Source: Utricularia gibba (taxonomy: Eukaryota; Plantae; Magnoliophyta). Taken from it: 64,000 bases of DNA. The first letter of the stretch is position 1, and every line of letters starts with the position of its first letter. The stretch covers positions 1,736,001-1,800,000 of the forward strand of contig NEEC01000012.1 of assembly GCA_002189035.1 (NCBI GenBank). Reading direction: 5' to 3'. Shown piece after piece: positions 42,669-55,166 of the stretch. The notes under the pieces are model-generated. The model saw only the letters and a list, made by a program, of their open reading frames with translations. It made no database searches and had not been told where the DNA came from. The position numbers and the translations under genes are program-made.

Positions 42669-43193
42669 TCATCTGAGCTGAGCATCCCTGGTTTTCCTCC
42701 TCTTCTTCTTCTTGCTGTACGGAATCCCTCTAGCCTTAGCTTGAGAATCCCTAATCTCCCTCAAGTAAGCCCTAATAGCACCATTGGCAAAAGGGTTTGT
42801 CTCCTGCGTCCCGCCGTTCTCCTCGTAGGCGGCGCGTAGCCGTCCCACGAGCGCGTCGAGGCTCCCCCAGGCCTGTCTCAACGGGCACGTGCATGCCCTG
42901 GCGGGCTCGGTCTTCCCATAAAAGGCGCAGTTCTGGACATGTACCTTAGTTTTCCCGAACTGGTCGAGGTACCGGATGAAGTCCAAAACATGTGTGTACT
43001 CGCACTTTCCTACCTCCACCGGGGGCTGCTGGTTCCTCAGGTACTGCCCGAAAGTGTTCCAATCTCGACGCTTCTGCGACTCGTAGCGGCTGAGCTGCGG
43101 CGGCGGAGGGGCCGGGGCAGATCGTGATGATGTGGCCGCGGCTTCCGGCGGTGGTGTCGCCGTCGTCACGCCGCCGGGATCATTGGAAATCAT
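42669..43193 (-). CDS. LSH: ALOG-domain transcription factor (LSH7/8-like), single coding exon, 174 aa
   Basis: [82 protein letters not shown] at 43238-43247 supports the ATG at 43193. Confidence 0.95.
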   Translation of the reverse strand: MISNDPGGVTTATPPPEAAATSSRSAPAPPPPQLSRYESQKRRDWNTFGQYLRNQQPPVEVGKCEYTHVLDFIRYLDQFGKTKVHVQNCAFYGKTEPARACTCPLRQAWGSLDALVGRLRAAYEENGGTQETNPFANGAIRAYLREIRDSQAKARGIPYSKKKKRRKTRDAQLR

Positions 43194-46100
43194 AGCTATA
43201 GTGGCTTGAGATGGGAGGAGGGGGCGCAGTGTGAAAGTTATATATAGCACAAGGGACTTCCAGGGAGGCGATCGGAGTCGGATTGGGCAATCAAATCAAG
43301 AGGAGGCTACATGGTCCAACTACAAATAGCTCCTCCTTCTTCACCAACAATTACTTTTTTTGGTAACTGTTGGGGTGAAAAAAGTAAATGGTAAAAGGCT
43401 TAGATTCAAAACCCGGTCTACCGACCCACCCGACCCGAGCCAACAACACATGGCATTGTGAACCCATGGCAAATACATAATATAATATATATTCCATTTC
43501 AAAACTAAAACCATTTGAATTTTTATTATATTAAAATATTTATATTATGGATTCAAAATATCAATACCATTTGAAAATTTAATTTTTTAGATTGAATTAT
43601 TAGTCCATATTTTGTAAATCCATCTACATCACACATGATGTCACATGTTGTTCCTTATGATTAATAATTGTGAGTAGTTTGGTGCATATGATGTACACCT
43701 TCATTTACCACATTTGCATGAGGATTGGACGACGTACCCAATCATCATTCATCATCGTCAACCTTTAACTTTCCAAAATTCAATTTAATAAAAGTAAAAA
43801 AAATAAATTTTAATAAAATCCATTTAGAGTATTTTTTTCAAAAAACAAAGATTGCTGCAAACATACTGTTAATATACAATAGGATCCTACTTAGAGCCCG
43901 GTCTAAGAATGGATATAATTGTCTTAGATGAATTTCACATCAATTACAAATAGGACAAAAGGATAGTTTATATGGAGTTAGATTCCCTAATTTTGCATAA
44001 AACCTTTTTCTCAAAATGAAAAAAACATAAAATCGTGAGAATTAAATATCTAAAATGCATAATATCATGTAAAAAAAAAAGTGAATTGTTATATTATGAG
44101 TATCATAGCTTTTTCAAATTGGAATCTAAAATTGGAATGGTATGACACGAGTTAGATTCAAAACCGTGTTTTGATGGATCAAAATTGGATTTGATTGGTC
44201 AAACCTAAAATATCACGTTAACATCGATAATTTTAGAATCCTGGATTATTTTTTATTTAAAAAACTAAATTTTAGACTTAAAAATGTTTTAAAGCTAAAA
44301 CCAATAATTGAATCTTTGAATAAACAATTCTACCCATTGGTTAACCGGCGAGTTTGAAAACACGGTGGGATCTCCACAACCATATGAATCATGTCATGTT
44401 CATTTTTATTGTGAAATTTACAATTTATAAAAAATATATGTAGCAATTGGGCGGGATTCATTTTAATGCCTCATAGTTAATTAATTATATAATAAGATTA
44501 AGGTGACGTGGAGGGGCTGCTCCCAAGATGGGAGCAGGGGGGGGGGCAGTGGGCATGAGTTACCAAAATCATACAATAATGCATGTATGTTATTGTTACC
44601 CATACCATGCCATCCCCCCAGCCTTCATTAGCCCTGGGAGACAAATTGGATGTATTCCCAATTATTTTTCAAATTCATTTATTAACCTCTGCCAATAATA
44701 ATGACAATAATAACTCGAGATATTTATTCCTCCATCTACGTTGTCCCCCAGCACAACCCCTCATGCAAACCAAATAAAATAGAATATGTCAATATAATTA
44801 AATAATACTATAATTTTTTTTAGTACATGGATTGGATATTCAATCATATTGGCTTAGATTATCATATATTTTCATATTTATTCATATAATTTGTTTTAAA
44901 TTTTAATGATTCATTCTCTTTTTAGACAAATTATTCGTTTTGACTATTTAATTCTTATAATTTTACGTTTTTTATTTTTGAAAAAAATATATTATACAAG
45001 ATTAGCGAAACATCTCTATTTAGATGCCTACTTTCCTCTGTTCATAATTAAGATGAAATACCGTCACTAAGCATCTTACACAAATACTTGTTATTTCTTC
45101 ACTTTCAAATGGACTAAAGTGAAATACATTAGATAAATGATGAAACCGATCAGAAAAGGGTATTTCACTTACCTATTTCTGTTATTAGGTTAAATTGGGT
45201 AAAATATTTTTGTAACAAAAATAATGCCACCATATTAAATTGAATTAAATGGAGAAGACAATTTTTTGGGTTTTGGTGTTGTGATTTGAAAATCCATTAG
45301 GAAAAAGGTTGTGGGTTTGGGTAATTTGTTTTTGTACACGGGCGGGCAGTAAGTAATCAAAGTTACTGGATTAAAGTGCACTTTAATAGAGAGATTATTG
45401 TGTGGGAGATATTATTAGAGAATGGACCATGCCTTTTCGGTTGAGATGAGTCAAAATTATTTATTTCGAAAGTAAATACAAGCAACATGTTTATTTGACT
45501 AGCCCTGGACTGATAAATAAGCACACGAACCAATAATTCACTCGGGACAAACCCAATAAAATGCTAATAATTTCCTTTTCATTTTTTTAAAAAAAACACA
45601 AGTTTTGATTTCTTAATTGTTTTGGTTCTAGCTGTCCATACTTTTCTGTCTCCCGGCATCGGGTGTATCATTTAGAAAAGTGACAATTGTTAATCTATAA
45701 TATACTCAATCAAAAAATTTACATATAGAATAACTATTTTTTTCATACAATCTTTCACACATGCCTACTTTTCTAATTCATTCCGCATATTATTAATTAT
45801 TATTACTGATAATGGTAACTTTTAACTCTTAGTTAGTGTTTGATTGATAGGAATTAGATAAAATTAGATTTAAATAAAGCTGATGTACAAGAATTAGGGT
45901 TAAACTGTATCAAGCAAAATAAAGAGGGAGTCTAATTTTAAATAAAACTATGTACCTCAAATTAATATATGTATATATATAATCATATCTAATACTTCCA
46001 GAGATGAAATACTATCTATGCTAATGTTTTTTGTAAGAAAAATATAAAAAAAATTAAAAAAACAAGCATTTTGTCTATCTAAATTCAATTTAACTAACAA

Positions 46101-49100
46101 ATTTCAGCTTTTTGTTTTTTTATGAGAGGAGGCTTTCTCCCCTCTGAATTCTATATTGCATGTCTAATTTTGAGAGCTAAAAAAAATGAATTCAAAGTAT
46201 TATTTCACATAATAATAAAAAATATGGATTATGCTCACCCATGCATTTTTGGTGTGTTTGGGGTTATAAATATTAATTTAATACTCATATGATACGCTTC
46301 CCTTCTGACTTGAAGACTACATTTTCAACTGGGATGCATAATAGGGACTGCTTTTGTGACGGTTCACTCATTTGTTAAAAAAACATATATTTTAAATGTT
46401 CTTACACAAAGTATAAATTGATTTTTTAATAAAAACCAACATATAAGTATAATATAAGAATAAAGTTTGAAATTAATTTAATATAAAATTAATGAACATG
46501 AAATAACCATAATTAAAAAATGATAAAAATGACATCAAATTCAAATAAAATAAATAATACAAATAATTTTATAACATCGTTCTAAAAAATTTTTGGAAGT
46601 TATTTTTACTTTTTTTAAATTATTTTAAAATATATAATTATTACTTTTCCAAATTAGTATAATTGTAATAGTTATTAATTTTAAAAATATTTTTAGTATA
46701 ATTACTTTTATAATTGATAGTATTCTAGAACATAAATATTTTTATTTTTTAAAAAATAGTAATAAATTTCAAAAATCATCCGACGCATTTTTCTTTTCAC
46801 GCCAATTCAACCCAACGGTATATGGAAAACCTACCTTGAATAAAAATGTTGTATCAGTTAAGCAAATTGTTGGAGCCTGGAGCCACTAATGGGCCCCCAG
46901 TTGCCGCTGGTCCAGCCCAAACCAGTCACCCCTCCTCCAATCTAAATCTCTTTTTGAAGGATTTTTTTTAAAAAAATAGAAACTATTCTAAATAAATTAT
47001 ATCTTATATTTTAGTGATTTATGCTTATAAATGGTTTGTTATTACAAACAAACGATTTCTATTGCAAGAAAAAAAGTATAACTTTAGAAGTATTTTTTTT
47101 AATTTTTTACAAATAATTGTATTTTTTTCTAAACGTTTCTAAAAAAATGTTTTTTTAATAAATACAAACACATCCTTACGAAAATACGTCCATTGGAACT
47201 GGGGTGGAAATGAAGGCGGCATGTGATGGGCCGGGCCGAAGATGAGAGCAAAGCCCATTTGAAGGACGTAATGTGACGTGGCCATACCACCACCCTCAGT
47301 TCAATTGAAAAAAAAATGGAATCCTCACTTGTGTTTTATTTATAAAAATGAATTATTTTTTAAAAGGGTTTGAAATTATTCTTGGATTCAATCACCAATA
47401 GAAGCTTCCATGTCGCCATGCGTTGTTTACCAAGATAATGAATGATCTGACGTGGGTTTGATAAGGAGAACAGTCTTATAGTTTTCTTGGAACATGATAT
47501 ATTTCTTATTTATTTAGTAGATGAATGTGCATAAGCATAGGCCATATTTTTCCAGGTTATATTTGAAATTCTTAAACACAGGACATGTTTCATTCATATT
47601 TTATGGATGGAAACGGGGAAACATAATTAAATAGAAGGATCATATTTATCTTATATACGGTATCTTATTTTTATTACCAACCAACATCTCAATGTTTTAA
47701 AATTATAAATTTAAGTCAGTATGAGACACTATTCCATTCCCAAACTTATAAATAAATAAATAAATTTATTTTTTAAAATATTTTAAAATATAATTAAAAA
47801 TTATGTAATCGTTTCAAAAATCTATTGTATGAAGTATTTCAACTCAAATTCATAATAATTAAATAAAAAATCCAAAGTTGGATACATGATGAGTAGTCTC
47901 GTTTTCCATCATGTGTTTCACTCCATTTATTTATTTATTTAATAGGGCAAGGCAACTCCTTTTCCCTCCATGTCCTTTTACAACAATTCAATTACGTCTC
48001 CTTTTCGATCCATTTCAACCATGACTTCTTCTTCTTCTTCTTCTTCTCTTGTGCTCCATTGCTGCACGTGCCTCCCATTTAGTTCTGGATAGCGAGGGGA
48101 AGAACCCCAAACCCAGCAACTGCTGAACTGCAACAAAGGCTTTCTGAGGGGAGGCGATAATGGAACGCTCATTCCCATTGTGTTGCGACTTTGCGCATCG
48201 GTCTGTCTGGTGCACGTCCCCACTGCCAAAATGTAGCTGTTGGCCTCTCCTGTGCCGCCATTAATGGCGGATAACTACATACAACACACGCACCCATCAC
48301 CTCGTGGCTTGCCAAAGTGAACAAGCTTCCCATCAAATGATCCCCACCACCACCTCTTTGTTTCGTCTGCTGCAGCTGTGTTTCAAAGGATATTCTATAT
48401 TATTATAACAAATAATCACATATTTAAATTTGAAATTAAAATAATTAAATATATAAAAAATTGTATATAACTAATAATCAATTGAATCTAATTTTTTTAA
48501 TGTAATTTATGCTTATATATATAATTTGGTTTTACATGTATTCTTCTGACTCATTGTATCTTTAATTTCAATATACTATTAGAGTGTTTGACTTACTATA
48601 TGATTTGGGTGTAGTCATCATGAATTGAGTATTGATCTAACTTTTGATTAAAAGAACAATGAAATGTATTGAGTTTAAATAACAAAAATAAAATCAACCT
48701 ATAATCTAACCATTAACTACAATCACAAAAATTTTTTTTAACCAAATCAAGTATCAGTTCGACTTGATGTCAAATATTAAAACAAACAATTTTATGTGAT
48801 AACTTGAAAATGAAATAATTAAATATATAAAAAAAATTAACGATAAATTGTAATTGATTAAACATAATATTTTTTAATATGATCTATTTGTGTTTCACGT
48901 GTAATTTTTCCACACATCGAATACTTACTTTCAACATATATGACATGAAAACCAATTTAATTGTTTGTCAAAATAGTGTGCTACTTAATCTCTACTATTT
49001 AATATATTTGGTTTCTAATGTTTTCATTATACTAAAATTGATTCTCATAATTAAACCTTAATTCCTATCTTGTTTTTCAGTCGCCCGCCCGTCCCACGTT

Positions 49101-50555
49101 CGCCTCCGCGGGTGAGCGAGGCATTGCGACCGGTGCCGGAGCAGCAACCGCCGGACAAGAATGCAGGCGATTGGTGGCCGGCCAATAACAAAGGTCAATT
49201 TTCACATAATAAAAGAATAGTGATCAATTTATCTACGTAAGTTTTCCAAAACCAACCAAAAAAATCATGTAAAACTTGAATTTATAAATCCTTTAATTGT
49301 ACTCTTATTTAAAATGATAAAAAATATATAATATATGTATTTGTGTTATATATTATTTTATGAGTTTTACTTCAGAGAATGTAAGGAGTTAAAATATGAG
49401 AGGCACATAGGTCTTGAAAGGGACCCATCCACACCCTAGGGCAGGCCTGTTGCAACAAGTATCACCCAGAGAACTTACTTTTTTTCCTCAGCAATTAAAA
49501 AAACATTTTTTTCTCAAACCCCATGTAACATTTTCCAGAATTAAACAATATTCAATAAGAAAATATTATTCAAAAATAGCAGGGTGGGTAGTAGGGGTGG
49601 AGGAATAACCATAGGAATGGGAGTATGGGGCATATGTGGTGTCATAATATGTGGATGGAATAAAATATGTTTAATTGATAAATTGTATTTCATATAAAAT
49701 ATAATCAAATAAAAAATAGTTTCTTGATGAAATATCAAATGAGAAAAAATTAGAATATCAATTCCCAATCCTAATATGTCATAAATTATAATATATTTAT
49801 TAATATTTTTCATCTTATACACCATATCAAACACAATCTTGAATAATAGTGAATGGGTTGCAAAAAAATACTTGTAAAACTCAAATTTAAAAGATATTAA
49901 ATGAATTTATTTGTTTATTTTATTTTTTTAATGAAAATAAAAAGGAGGAAGAGAGAGAGTGTTGGGGAATTTTGAAGGGAAGAAGGTAAATTTGGGTAAA
50001 GAAGTTTTTTACGCTGATGTTTTTAATCACTGTTCTGTTCTGACCCAAACACTGACACTCGCACCACTGCCATCAACGCCTCTTTTAGGACAGAGAGCGA
50101 CAGAGGGTGCTGAGACCTGTCAACCGGAGTTCTCTCTTCCTCCTTTATGCCCTGCTTTTCCCCTTTCGGGGCTTCTGTGTGTGTTTGAGTGTATTTGTAA
50201 AGGAAGAAAGGGCTGCTGCTGCTTCTGCTGCAAGCTTTCTAGATTTTTTTGTTTCAGGGAAGGAGGAGGAGGTTGATTTCTTTTTTTCTCTTGATATGTT
50301 GTTGATGGAAAGATGGATTGAAGGTTGAATTTTAATGGTCGGAGAATGAAAGCAGCCGGATTTGATTTCTGGGTTTTTGCGGATGCATCGGGTTGAATGA
50401 TTTAGAAGCTGGATTCTCAGAGCAATTTACACCAAGACCAGAACCAGTTTTCTACAGGAGTAGGCGGGGGGGAGCCGCCGTCGCCGCTAAAGAAAAGGGC
50501 ATCTTACTTTTTACCTCCTGCGGTCACCCCCGAATATGCGAAATTTCGACAAAAC

Positions 50556-51797
50556 ATGGGGGATAGCAGCAACTTCACTGCGCCGCCGCCATCGCGGTTA
50601 GCTCCGAGAGGCGAGATTGTTGAAGTACAAGGCGGCCACATTGTACGGGCGACCGGAAGAAAAGACCGTCATAGCAAAGTTTGCACTGCGAAAGGCCCCA
50701 GAGACCGCCGCGTGCGTCTCGCGGCGCACACGGCGATTCAGTTTTACGATGTTCAGGACCGGCTTGGATACGACCGCCCGAGTAAAGCTGTAGACTGGCT
50801 AATCAAAAAGGCGAAAACTGCAATTGATGAGCTCGCGCAGCTGCCTCCTTGGCACCCCACTGGGCAAAATGTGAACTTTGAGCGAGATGAGGAGCACAAC
50901 AAGTGTGAAGAGGAGGAGCAGCAGCAGCAGCAGCAGCATGGGGAGCTGGTGGCTTCTGAGGCGTCAAGTAAACGGCAGGTTATGATGGCTGGAGGTGAAG
51001 ATGGCATGCACAAAAATCCCAATTCGCAGAATTCCAGTTTTTTGCATTCATCTCTACATTCTGATGCCATTGCGGATACAATGAAGTCCTTGTTTCCAAT
51101 GGGTGCTTCAGCAGAAGCTAGCTCTTCGTCTATGCAGTTTCAGGGCTTCCAAGCTTCAGACTTGCTATCAGGAAATAGCACTAATAGCCAGGATCTGAGG
51201 CTCTCGCTGCAGTCATTTCAAGATCCAATTTTGCTTCACCATCAGCCTCCAGAGCAAGCGCACCAACGAGCATACTCTCTCTTGGGCTTCGATGGAACAG
51301 CCAATTGGGCAGAGCACCATCAACACGCAGCAGCTGCTGCTACGGCAGCGGCGGAGCTCAGCCGATTCCAGCGGTTAACAGCTTGGAATCCCGGCGGTGA
51401 AGACTCAAACAATGGAAATGGAGGCGCAGCTCAGGGTTTCCTGTTCAATTCACAGCAGCCGACTCTGCAGCAGCTTTCAGGGCATACCCATTTTTCTTCA
51501 CAGAGGGGACCCCTTCAGTCCAGTAACACACCCTCAGTTCGTGCTTGGATGGACCCATCAGGCGTAGCAACAGCCATTGCTTCATCTCATCATAACCAAC
51601 ATCAGCAGCAACACCAGCACCTCCTCCTCCCTACTGTAGTTCCTATTTATCCATCTTCAACGCAAGGCATTGGATATGCATCTGGATCCGGCGGTTTCTC
51701 TGGATTCCCAATTCCTGCACGAATTCATGGTGATGTAGAGGAGCACGATGGCTATTCCGATAAGCCGTCCTCCGTCTCCTCCGATTCTCGCCACTAA
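50556..51797 (+). CDS. TCP4: CIN-class TCP transcription factor, TCP4-like copy A (413 aa from the first in-frame AUG)
   Basis: [65 protein letters not shown]; [14 protein letters not shown]; RGPLQSS; PARIHG; SSDSRH end. Confidence 0.95.
   Translation: MGDSSNFTAPPPSRLAPRGEIVEVQGGHIVRATGRKDRHSKVCTAKGPRDRRVRLAAHTAIQFYDVQDRLGYDRPSKAVDWLIKKAKTAIDELAQLPPWHPTGQNVNFERDEEHNKCEEEEQQQQQQHGELVASEASSKRQVMMAGGEDGMHKNPNSQNSSFLHSSLHSDAIADTMKSLFPMGASAEASSSSMQFQGFQASDLLSGNSTNSQDLRLSLQSFQDPILLHHQPPEQAHQRAYSLLGFDGTANWAEHHQHAAAAATAAAELSRFQRLTAWNPGGEDSNNGNGGAAQGFLFNSQQPTLQQLSGHTHFSSQRGPLQSSNTPSVRAWMDPSGVATAIASSHHNQHQQQHQHLLLPTVVPIYPSSTQGIGYASGSGGFSGFPIPARIHGDVEEHDGYSDKPSSVSSDSRH
51503..51523 (+). promoter_or_regulatory. 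miR319 target site in TCP4-like A
   Basis: GAGGGGACCCCTTCAGTCCAG, complementary to miR319 (UUGGACUGAAGGGAGCUCCCU), in the RGPLQS coding motif. Confidence 0.92.
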
Positions 51798-53915
51798 TCC
51801 ACCTCACGCTCCCTTCTTCCATCAAAGGTGAGACGGGTACAGTCATACACTCCCTTGTCATACCTTTATAAAATCTCAACCATGCTCCTCATCAAATCTT
51901 CCTTTTCCCTCTTTTCATTTCCCATCTTTATACAGACAGCGTTGCTCCTTTTGCGATGGAGAAGCTGCTCGAGTGGATTTTGCTTCTACCTGTGGCTCCA
52001 AGAATCATCCTTGGGTACAAGTTCTTTTCAGTTACTCTATCTCATTTGACTAGAAGCGTGTTAGTTTTCTTCAGCTTTAGTTGCTCATCGGTTATCTCCT
52101 AGAAGCTTGCTCTCTGTTTTCTTTTGTATCCTCTGCTACTTCTGCTAGTGCTTGAATCCACCACATTGCAAGGACAATGAACGCAGGTCCCTTCTCTTGA
52201 GTTAGTGACAGATTATTGAAGTTTATCTGAGTGATTAAGACCAGATTTCTTCTGATTAACTCAGTGGGGGGTGAGAGTGTGATTGCTGCGCACTTTCTTG
52301 TCGTCTTCATTGTTTTTTCTTTGGAACCAGTAGAGTAGTAGTAGTGTGTGTACTTGGTGGTCATCATCAAGAACCCCATTGGGGAATGGTCCCCCTGCAC
52401 TGCAAATCTGCTGCTGTGATGAGAAGCTCGCTTTGCTCTCAACTCTCAACTCTTCCATGGACAGCGCATTGCAGGGCAGCCAGTCAGGGGCGCCCCTTCT
52501 ACACACAGAGAACCTCCCTCCCTTCATCTTCTGTTACATCCAACTCCATCTACTTTTTTTCACCATTCGCTTTTAGGTGTTTCAACTCAAAACTGAAGGA
52601 TTGGATTTTATAATAATTAGAATTAGAAGTTAATTTTTATAACAAGTAAAGATATTTTATAAAATACTTATTTTTACTTGTATTTTAAATTATAAATTAT
52701 AAAATAAATCATACATACTGCATCTTTAACATCAACAATTATAAAGAACAGAAATAAATAATTTATTATTTTATTTATAATTTTTTTTTATTTTTTATAA
52801 TATTGTTCATTTAAAATACTCAATTTTTTTGATTTTAAATTATTTCATTTCAGAAAAAAAGAGTTTATATAATATTAGTAAAATTATTTTATTTGAATAA
52901 ATCCATTCCCACATTCATAACTAATGTGGATACTATCATTAGGTCTCTAATTTTATAATCTATCTCTTTTAGATACTTAGAGTTCTCGTTCAATACCATC
53001 TTGTGTTACTATTAGTACGTGTTTGGATTTGATTCTTATACCCAATGTAACAAAATATCATTTCTTTTTACGATACTGTTTGTTTTAGACATTTAATCCT
53101 TACGATTTAATGTTTTTTTCTTTTTAGAAAAAGATTTCATGTAAAATTATAAGATTCTCTCTATTTAAGAATATACTTTTCTCTATTTGTAAGCAATGTG
53201 TGATATCATCACTCGATCCCTCACATTACATTGTTATTTGAAAACCAGTGGAATTGGGCTTTTAAACATGGCCCATTATATATTGGGCCATTCTGGTACG
53301 GTCAAAGGTCCCATCGGGTGTAATGGGCTCAACGCCTAAATGTTTGTTTTTTCAAAATTTTGTCGCCGAAAGTTTTGAAAATCTGGTTTTTTTGACTCAG
53401 ACAGGATGTCTCAAAATCCATTCCCGAAATTGCTACCAGCTTCAATGAGTCAGGACAGAGAGCGACAGAGGGTGCCGAGAGCTGTCAACCCTAGTTCTCA
53501 GCTTCTTTTTTAGTTCTTGTTCTCCTCCCCCGCATTGTACTGTTCTGATAAAGGAATTTGCTGGGAGGAGAGAAGCCCTTGTTTCTTAGACCTTCTTTCT
53601 AGTTTTTTCTTTTTTTTTTTGAGTTTCCCCATTCTGGATTTTTCTTGCTGTGTTAGTGTTTTTCTTTTGATGGAGTGTTGATTGAAAGATGGGTTAGGTT
53701 GAATTGAATTTTTGGGTCTGGGAAATGAAAATTGGCGAGATTCGATGGCGGGGTGTTGGCAGATGAGCCGGTAGAAGCTGGATCCTCAGAGAATTATACT
53801 CGTAGCCCAAAACCAGTTGCTCACCAGGCAAGACGGCCGAGAACCGCCGAAGAAGAGGGCGTCGTCGTATTCTCCTTCTGAAGCCACCCCCGAATATGCG
53901 AAATTGCGACGAGGG

Positions 53916-55166
53916 ATGGAGGAAAGCAGCAACCACCGCGCAGTGCTGCCGCTGTCGCGGTTAGGTCCGAGAAGCGAGATTGTTGAGGTACAAGGCGGCC
54001 ATATCGTGAGGTCTACCGGAAGAAAAGACCGTCACAGCAAAGTTTGTACTGCGAAAGGTCCCAGAGACCGCCGCGTGCGTCTTGCGGCGCACACGGCGAT
54101 TCAGTTTTACGATGTTCAGGACCGGCTTGGCTACGACCGCCCGAGTAAAGCTGTAGACTGGCTAATCAAGAAGGCGAAAACTGCAATTGATGAGCTCGCG
54201 CAGCTACCTCCTTGGCACCCCGCCTCGCAAACTATGAACTTTGAGCGAGACGAATTGCAGAAAAAGTGTGAAGAGGACCAGCAGCAGCAAAAAGAGGAGT
54301 TAACCGTGCATCATGGGAAACCGGTGATTCCAGGAGCGTCGGGTAAGAAACCGATGATAATGGTTGGAACTGAAGATGAGGTGCATAATAATCCCAGTTC
54401 ACAGAATTCAGGTTTTTTGCCTTCATCTTTAGATTCTGATGCTATTGCTGACACTATAAAGTCATTCTTCCCAATGGGTGCTTCAACAGAAGCTAGCTCT
54501 TCATCCATGCAGTATCGGAGCTTCCAAGCTTCAGATTTGCTGTCAGGAAGCAGCAGCAATAGCCAGGATTTGAGGCTTTCTCTGCAGTCATTTCAAGATC
54601 CAATTTTGCTTCACCATCAGCCTTCGGAGCATTCCCACCAACAAGGACACTCTCTATTGGGTTTTGATGGAACACCCAATTGGGCAGAGCACCATCAACA
54701 AGCTGTAGCTGCTGCAGCGGCAGCGGAGCTCAGCCGATTCCAGCGGTTAACAGCTTGGAATTCCGGCGGAGGAACCTCAAACATTGGAAATGGAGGAGCA
54801 GCTCCAGGTTTCCTGTTCAATTCACAGCAGCCGGCTCTGCAGCAGCTTTCAGGGCATACCCATTTTTCTTCACAGAGGGGACCCCTTCAGTCCAGTAATT
54901 CACCTTCAATTCGTGCTTGGATGGACGCATCAGGCGTAGCAGCATCTGTTTCTTCATCTGACCATAGCCAACATCAACAGCTACACCACCAGCTTCTCCC
55001 TTCATATATTCCAATGTATCCGTCTTCAATGCAAGGCAACGGATTTGCATCTGGAGCTGGTGGCTTTTCCGGATTCCCAATTCTTGCACGAATTCATGGT
55101 GATGTAGAGGAGCACGGTGGCTATTCTGATAAGCCGTCGTCCGCCTCATCAGATTCTTGCCACTAA
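53916..55166 (+). CDS. TCP4: CIN-class TCP transcription factor, TCP4-like copy B (416 aa from the first in-frame AUG)
   Basis: Same TCP domain and motifs as copy A. The ORF-track start at 53817 is TTG; the first in-frame ATG is 53916. Confidence 0.95.
   Translation: MEESSNHRAVLPLSRLGPRSEIVEVQGGHIVRSTGRKDRHSKVCTAKGPRDRRVRLAAHTAIQFYDVQDRLGYDRPSKAVDWLIKKAKTAIDELAQLPPWHPASQTMNFERDELQKKCEEDQQQQKEELTVHHGKPVIPGASGKKPMIMVGTEDEVHNNPSSQNSGFLPSSLDSDAIADTIKSFFPMGASTEASSSSMQYRSFQASDLLSGSSSNSQDLRLSLQSFQDPILLHHQPSEHSHQQGHSLLGFDGTPNWAEHHQQAVAAAAAAELSRFQRLTAWNSGGGTSNIGNGGAAPGFLFNSQQPALQQLSGHTHFSSQRGPLQSSNSPSIRAWMDASGVAASVSSSDHSQHQQLHHQLLPSYIPMYPSSMQGNGFASGAGGFSGFPILARIHGDVEEHGGYSDKPSSASSDSCH
54875..54895 (+). 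promoter_or_regulatory. miR319 target site in TCP4-like B
   Basis: GAGGGGACCCCTTCAGTCCAG, identical to the copy A site. Confidence 0.92.

Noticed and set aside
48063-48072. TGCACGTGCC matches part of a miR164 target (also GGGCACGTGCA in the LSH CDS near 42883)
   Set aside because: Only the miRNA 3' half matches, with no seed pairing. The LSH match is explained by Cys-Thr-Cys-Pro codons.
47978-48229. 83-aa minus-strand ORF with a poly-Glu run
   Set aside because: The run is a (CTT)7 microsatellite, the start is non-ATG, and no peptide-family motif is recognisable.
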